NCBI GenBank assembly: GCA_037138755.1
Contig: JBAXHT010000001.1
Coordinates: 31,805 to 95,804 of the forward strand
Length of the DNA stretch: 64,000 nucleotides
Direction: 5' to 3'
DNA from: Armatimonadota bacterium
GTDB lineage: Bacteria; Armatimonadota; Fimbriimonadia; Fimbriimonadales; Fimbriimonadaceae
The stretch's first letter is position 1. The number at the start of each line of letters is the position of its first letter. A model generated the notes under the pieces. The model ran no database searches. It saw nothing but the letters and a program-made list of their open reading frames with translations, and was not told the DNA's origin. The position numbers and the translations under genes were made by a program. Below, piece by piece: positions 59,137 through 64,000 of the stretch.

Positions 59137-59409
59137 CTACTTGAGGAAGCGGTTGAGGGTGGTTCGCACCTCTTGTGCCTTTTCTTCAGGACTCAGTTGA
59201 TGCTCAGGACCCTCGCCGAAGACACAGTCTTCGATGTGGTGAGTGAGAAGCAGCAGCCCGAGTTGGTCGAGCGCGGCACGCAAAGCCGACACCTGAGTGA
59301 GGACGTCGACGCAGTAACGCTCCTCGTCAATCATCTTCTGGATTCCGCCGACTTGACCGGAAATGCGGGCGAGACGCTTTTTGGCGTCGGCGTAGATGTC
59401 GTTGCTCAC
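59137..59409 (-). CDS. csoR: Metal-sensing repressor, CsoR/RcnR family with CsoR Cu(I) ligands
   Basis: RLARISGQVGGIQKMIDEERYCVDVLTQVSA...HHIEDCV, with the Cys...His-x3-Cys fingerprint. Confidence 0.88.
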   Translation of the reverse strand: MSNDIYADAKKRLARISGQVGGIQKMIDEERYCVDVLTQVSALRAALDQLGLLLLTHHIEDCVFGEGPEHQLSPEEKAQEVRTTLNRFLK

Positions 59410-59451
59410 TCAACAATTATCACAAAAATGTTCGCCTAAAGAAACTTACAC

Positions 59452-59466
59452 TACCCCCCTATGGTA
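59452..59466. promoter_or_regulatory. CsoR operator
   Basis: The minus strand reads TACCATAGGGGGGTA, fitting TACC-N4-GGGGG-TA (B. subtilis copZA box TACCCTACGGGGGTA). It abuts the -10 TATATT (59467-59472). Confidence 0.8.
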
Positions 59467-59478
59467 TATATTACTGAT

Positions 59479-60192
59479 ATGAGACGAGCTTTTACCCTCA
59501 TCGAGCTTCTGGTTGTGATTGCCATTATCGCCATTCTCGCGGCGATTCTTTTCCCGGTTTTTGCCCAGGCGAAGGCCGCAGCCAAGAAGACGGCGGACCT
59601 CAGCAACATGAACCAGATTGGCAAGTCGATCTACATGTATGCCGGAGATAACGACGATCACACGATGTACGTTGACCACGAGGCAGATTTTGAGTGGTTC
59701 GTGCCGCTTTACCCTTACGTCAAAAGTAAGGACGTATTCCGCACACCGGCTTACAAAGCGAAGCCGGTGATTGACCCCGATGGGGCAACCGGACTCATCA
59801 CCCCGGACTCCGACTACTCGCTGAACGGACTGTTCTCGCACGGCGAGTCGATGACAATCAGTTCTAGTCCAGCCCAGCAGATCTCCGTGGCAGTCAGGAA
59901 CATCGAGAATTTCCATCCCGACTACCATCCCTGGCCGGGCACCGCTTGGGCGGATAGAACGACGCCTGACTGGGACGACCTTACTAAGTACGTGGGTAGC
60001 GACCACTCGGATGAGCCGGTGGAAGACTGGTTCACCGGAAGACTCTTCAGAACGCCGTGGAATAACAAGGGCTCCAACTTCAGCTTCCTAGATGGACATG
60101 CAAAGTATTACCCTTGGGAGCAGACCCTTCGGGTGAACGATCGACTACCAGGTATGCACAACGTGGACCGGATTGTGGAGAAGACGCTCTAG
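59479..60192 (+). CDS. Prepilin-type N-terminal cleavage/methylation protein with DUF1559/H-X9-DG-like C-terminus
   Basis: MRRA|[45 protein letters not shown]. Start revised to ATG 59479. Confidence 0.93.
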   Translation: MRRAFTLIELLVVIAIIAILAAILFPVFAQAKAAAKKTADLSNMNQIGKSIYMYAGDNDDHTMYVDHEADFEWFVPLYPYVKSKDVFRTPAYKAKPVIDPDGATGLITPDSDYSLNGLFSHGESMTISSSPAQQISVAVRNIENFHPDYHPWPGTAWADRTTPDWDDLTKYVGSDHSDEPVEDWFTGRLFRTPWNNKGSNFSFLDGHAKYYPWEQTLRVNDRLPGMHNVDRIVEKTL

Positions 60193-60635
60193 CCGCTCTT
60201 TTTGCCGGAACCAGGCTTTGGGGCGGTCTTCTTGGCCGCCTTTTTCTTTGCTTCGGCCAGGAATTCCTTCATCATCGGCTGGTCGAGACCGCCGACGGTC
60301 ATGAGGACGACCTTGCCAGCTGAGTTAATGACGACTAGAGTCGGGTAGGCACTGACTTTGTACTTTTGCGATGACTTGGTGCCCTCTTTCTCGCAGTCTT
60401 GTTTCACGACGATGAAGTCTTTGAAAATCGCCTTAGCTTCCGGAGCTTGGAAGACTTCCTTGTCCATTTGCTTGCACGGCCCACACCAAGTCGTGTAGAA
60501 ATCAACAAGAATCAACTTGCTGGTCTTTGCGGCTTCCTTCTTCGCCTTCTCAAGATCGTGACTGTACTCTGTCTTGGCAAGGCATAGAGAAGACAAAAGG
60601 ATGCCAGAGAGCAGAACGATAGTGGATCGTTTCAT
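60189..60635 (-). CDS. Exported thioredoxin-family protein
   Basis: Signal peptide, [11 protein letters not shown], cis-Pro in AYPT. Confidence 0.9.
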   Translation of the reverse strand: MKRSTIVLLSGILLSSLCLAKTEYSHDLEKAKKEAAKTSKLILVDFYTTWCGPCKQMDKEVFQAPEAKAIFKDFIVVKQDCEKEGTKSSQKYKVSAYPTLVVINSAGKVVLMTVGGLDQPMMKEFLAEAKKKAAKKTAPKPGSGKKSG

Positions 60636-60673
60636 ACCTCTTATGATGCACCAAGTAAACTGTCGTTTCCCTT

Positions 60674-62143
60674 ATGAGTGAGAAGCAATTTCGCCTTTAC
60701 GATTCGCTCTCGCGTTCGGTCAAGCCGTTGACGACGCTGGAGCCAGGCCATCTACGCTTCTATTCCTGTGGACCGACGGTTTACTCCTACGCTCATATCG
60801 GTAACTTCCGGTCGTTTATCACGGCGGATTTGGTGGTCCGAACCGCGCTCTCGTTAGGTTGGAAGGTCACCTGGGTTTCAAACATCACGGACGTGGGGCA
60901 CCTCACCGAAGATGACGTTGCCGACGCCCAAGGCGAAGATAAGATGGAAAAAGCCCTGCGCTCGAAGGAAGGCGAGCAGTTCCATAACGTTTGGGAGCTC
61001 GCCGAGTTTTATGAAGACGCCTACCGGGACGACTGGAAGCAGCTCAACCTGTTGGAGCCAGATGTTCGACCTAAGGCAACTCAGCACGTTCGGGAACAGA
61101 TTCTTGCGGCAGAAGAGCTGATTGCCAAGGGCTACGCCTATGAAACCGACAGCGGGATTTACTTCTCTGTTGAGAAGTTCGCTGAATATGGGAAGCTGAG
61201 CGGGAACACGCAAGAGAACCTGCGAAAGGCGGTTCGAGACGTCGTTCTGGACGAAGAGAAGAAAGACCAGAGCGATTTCGCGATCTGGAAGAAGGACGAC
61301 AAACATCTGATGCAGTGGTTCTCGCCGTATGGATGGGGCTTTCCGGGTTGGCACATCGAGTGTTCGGTGATGGCTCGGGCATACCTCGGGGACACTATTG
61401 ACCTGCATAGCGGCGGCGAGGATAACAAGTTTCCGCACCACGAGTGCGAAATCGCGCAGAGCGAGGCTCTCACTGGAAAGCCGTTCAGCAACCACTGGAC
61501 TCATACGGCGTTTCTTCAGGTGAATGGCCAGAAGATGGCGAAGAGCGCGGGGAATTTTTACACCGTTCGCGGCCTCGTTGCCGATGGAGCCGATCCTTTG
61601 GCGATTCGATTTGCGCTAATTGGCGGGGTGTACCGGAAGCCATTCAATTTCACCGACCAGGGTCTCAGCGATGCGGCAACAAATCTGGAGCGATTCCGAC
61701 GGGCGATTGACGCGGCCTTGGCAGCGTCGGGCGAGGGCGCCGACACCCTTGGCGAAGAACTAAGCGGGCTATTTGACGACGCATTAGAAGCAATGTGCTC
61801 GGACTTGAACACGCCGGTAGCGATTGCCAAGGCGTTAGAGGGGGCCCGGCTGATTACCCGGGAAGGGTCACTGAACGCGGCGAGTGGCGCGTCTGCGAAG
61901 TCGTTCCTAGAAAAAGTCGAGCTGCTGCTAGGGATTATTGGACCACTCCAGGTTGCTCCCGAACCCACCCAGTCGCTCCCAGCTGTTGACGAAGCTAGGA
62001 TTCTGGCTCAGATCGAAGCAAGGAGGGCCGCGAAAGCCGCGAAGAATTGGGCCGAAGCCGATGCGATTCGGAATGCGCTTCTCGAAGAAGGGATCGTCCT
62101 CACGGATAATCCCGACGGGACTGTCGGCTGGTCCCGTGCATAA
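60674..62143 (+). CDS. cysS: Cysteine--tRNA ligase
   Basis: YSCGPTVYSYAHIGN, NITDVGH, GFPGWHIECS, HSGGEDNKFPHHECEIAQS, KMAKS. Confidence 0.97.
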   Translation: MSEKQFRLYDSLSRSVKPLTTLEPGHLRFYSCGPTVYSYAHIGNFRSFITADLVVRTALSLGWKVTWVSNITDVGHLTEDDVADAQGEDKMEKALRSKEGEQFHNVWELAEFYEDAYRDDWKQLNLLEPDVRPKATQHVREQILAAEELIAKGYAYETDSGIYFSVEKFAEYGKLSGNTQENLRKAVRDVVLDEEKKDQSDFAIWKKDDKHLMQWFSPYGWGFPGWHIECSVMARAYLGDTIDLHSGGEDNKFPHHECEIAQSEALTGKPFSNHWTHTAFLQVNGQKMAKSAGNFYTVRGLVADGADPLAIRFALIGGVYRKPFNFTDQGLSDAATNLERFRRAIDAALAASGEGADTLGEELSGLFDDALEAMCSDLNTPVAIAKALEGARLITREGSLNAASGASAKSFLEKVELLLGIIGPLQVAPEPTQSLPAVDEARILAQIEARRAAKAAKNWAEADAIRNALLEEGIVLTDNPDGTVGWSRA

Positions 62144-62224
62144 CTAGGCACATATCTTGCATCATTTAGAGTAACTAAACCGTTCCGACAAAGCTGTCGG
62201 AACAAGTAGGAGTTTCACAACGCC

Positions 62225-63208
62225 GTGAGCATCAACCCGAAAAGCCCCCATCTCGATTTTTTGCGCGTCACCGAGCGCGCCGCTCTCCTCGCCGCCCGGT
62301 GGGTTGGCAAAGGCAAGAAACATGAAGCAGACGATGCCGCTTGCCAAGGCATGCGTTCTGCGCTTAACGAACTTAACATCGCCGGAACCATCGTCATTGG
62401 CGAGGGTGAGATGGACGAAGCTCCGATGCTCTACATCGGCGAAGCTGTGGGTACCGGCAATGGTCCTGAAGTTGAAATCGCTGTTGACCCTCTGGAAGGA
62501 ACCAACCTCTGCGCCAACGGAATGCCGAATGCGATCGCCGTTCTCGCTGGAACAATCAAAGGCGAAGGGCACCTGCTCCATGCGCCCGACTGCTACATGG
62601 ACAAGCTGGTCGTCGGCCCCGAGTGCAAAGGAATCGTCGACATCTCGGTTCCCGCGAAGGTGAACATTCGCTTGATGAGCAAAGCTCTGGGAAAGAGTGT
62701 TGAAGAAGTCACCATAGGGATTCTCGACCGAGACCGGCACCGCACGCTGATCGAAGAAATTCGCGAGACGGGAGCCCGCGTGCACCTCATTTCCGATGGA
62801 GATCTTTCGGTAGCCTTGGCCGCCCTTGACCCGGATTCCGGTGTGGATGCCTTGATGGGCTCAGGCGGCGCACCAGAGGGCGTCATTTCGGCTGCAGCGG
62901 CTCTCTGCTACGGCGGCGAGATGCAGGCGAAGTTCCTGTGGTCGTCTCCCGAGGAACGCGAGCGGGCGGTTGGCATGATCCAGGGCGATGTGGATCGGAT
63001 CATGACGACGACAGATTTGGCGAGTGGGCACGTCCAGTTTTGCGCCACCGGAATTACATCCGGAGACATGCTGAAAGGTGTCCGATACCGACGCGACTTC
63101 GCGCTAACGGAGAGCATCCTGATGCGGAGCAAAACTGGAACGATCCGACGCATCCAGACGATGCACCGAAACATCAAGCGTCGTGACGATATTCCTGGCG
63201 GATACTAG
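62225..63208 (+). CDS. glpX: Class II fructose-1,6-bisphosphatase
   Basis: RVTERAAL, IGEGEMDEAPML, IAVDPLEGT, ISDGD, GGAPEGVISAAA, ATGITSG. Confidence 0.95.
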   Translation: MSINPKSPHLDFLRVTERAALLAARWVGKGKKHEADDAACQGMRSALNELNIAGTIVIGEGEMDEAPMLYIGEAVGTGNGPEVEIAVDPLEGTNLCANGMPNAIAVLAGTIKGEGHLLHAPDCYMDKLVVGPECKGIVDISVPAKVNIRLMSKALGKSVEEVTIGILDRDRHRTLIEEIRETGARVHLISDGDLSVALAALDPDSGVDALMGSGGAPEGVISAAAALCYGGEMQAKFLWSSPEERERAVGMIQGDVDRIMTTTDLASGHVQFCATGITSGDMLKGVRYRRDFALTESILMRSKTGTIRRIQTMHRNIKRRDDIPGGY

Positions 63209-63837
63209 TCGATGTCGTAGCGGAAAATCGGCTCGATGTGACTGTTGCGATCATAATTGACAAGCTCTTTGAGAAGTCCGGTGCGCATATCGTAAACCCA
63301 GCCATGAACTTCGGGGAGTCCGATGGTTGCCCAGCTTTTCTGGATGATCGAGGTTTCGACCACGTGCTTAACCTGTTCAATCACGTTCAGCTCGACAAGC
63401 CGATCATATTTCCCAGTGCTAGTGATGAGACGGTCGAGTTCGTGTTGGTGGAGCCGATAGACATCTTTGATATGCCGGAGCCACTTGTTGATCAACCCAA
63501 GATCCTTATTCGACATCGCATTCATCACGCCGCCACACCCATAGTGACCACAGACGATAATGTGACGAACCTTCAGAACCTCAACCGCGTACTGCAATAC
63601 CGCGAGCATGTTGAAGTCGGTATGGATCACCAAGTTAGCCACGTTTCGGTGAACAAAAAGCTGGCCCGGGGAGGCTCCAGTGACTTCTTCGGCCGGAACC
63701 CGGCTATCCGAACAACCGATCCAGAGAAACTCCGGCTGCTGATCGTGCGAAAGGTCTTCGAAGAATTTGGGGGAGACGCTTAGCTTTTTCTGAACCCATT
63801 CGTGATTGGCGGCCAGGAGTTCGGAAGGGTTCTGCAT
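63205..63837 (-). CDS. can: Beta-class carbonic anhydrase
   Basis: WIGCSDSRVP, FVHRNVAN, LQYAV, CGHYGCGG, VELNV, VHGWVYD. Confidence 0.95.
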   Translation of the reverse strand: MQNPSELLAANHEWVQKKLSVSPKFFEDLSHDQQPEFLWIGCSDSRVPAEEVTGASPGQLFVHRNVANLVIHTDFNMLAVLQYAVEVLKVRHIIVCGHYGCGGVMNAMSNKDLGLINKWLRHIKDVYRLHQHELDRLITSTGKYDRLVELNVIEQVKHVVETSIIQKSWATIGLPEVHGWVYDMRTGLLKELVNYDRNSHIEPIFRYDID

Positions 63838-64000
63838 GTGTCCTCGAGGGTTTGCTCATGATACCGGACGAATTCCTTGAGCAAATTAAATGAATTGCGG
63901 TACAAGTGTGCAAGATTTAACTTTCAAAAGGCTAAGATAGTCCAGTGCCGAGAGAGATTGCGGAATGGAACGAGTCGACACAACGGATGGTTGGCGACCG

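Noticed and set aside
115-59478. ORF-track 5' extensions (115, 2116, 14880, 17489, 18632, 28511, 33180, 42733, 50620, 54624, 55640, 57454, 59461)
   Set aside because: The extensions lack homology-type features or overlap neighbours, and downstream starts fit signal peptides, motifs, -10 or SD positions, or stop-start coupling

Overview
A gene-dense bacterial chromosomal window. The protein repertoire (several prepilin/DUF1559-like proteins, a PSD1/DUF1501 pair, very short hydrophobic signal peptides) suggests Armatimonadota, Fimbriimonadaceae-like; this is inference and was not searched. Housekeeping genes: ychF, clpP, clpX, secDF, proS, coaD, trpG/pabA, lepA, cysS, glpX, beta-carbonic anhydrase, tRNA-Gln(CTG) and tRNA-Ile(GAT). 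The rest is metabolic, secreted and unknown-function genes. No CRISPR array, rRNA, integrase or transposase was seen. Four observations stand out. (1) A near-perfect CsoR copper-operator box sits in the promoter spacer of a prepilin/DUF1559 gene, divergent from csoR and a His-tailed membrane protein, with no copA/copZ in the window. (2) A 2.17-kb AT-richer cassette (pilin-like gene, 12-Cys secreted peptide, membrane-anchored NTF2-like gene) is bounded by a 98-bp direct repeat made of an amidohydrolase 3' end plus a REP-like hairpin. (3) A TANNNT -10 hexamer lies 6-8 nt upstream of many start codons, suggesting widespread leaderless mRNA. (4) An acyltransferase probably starts at CTG. Several ORF-track starts were revised using motifs and upstream signals. 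No database searches or computations were run, so family calls come from recognised motifs.
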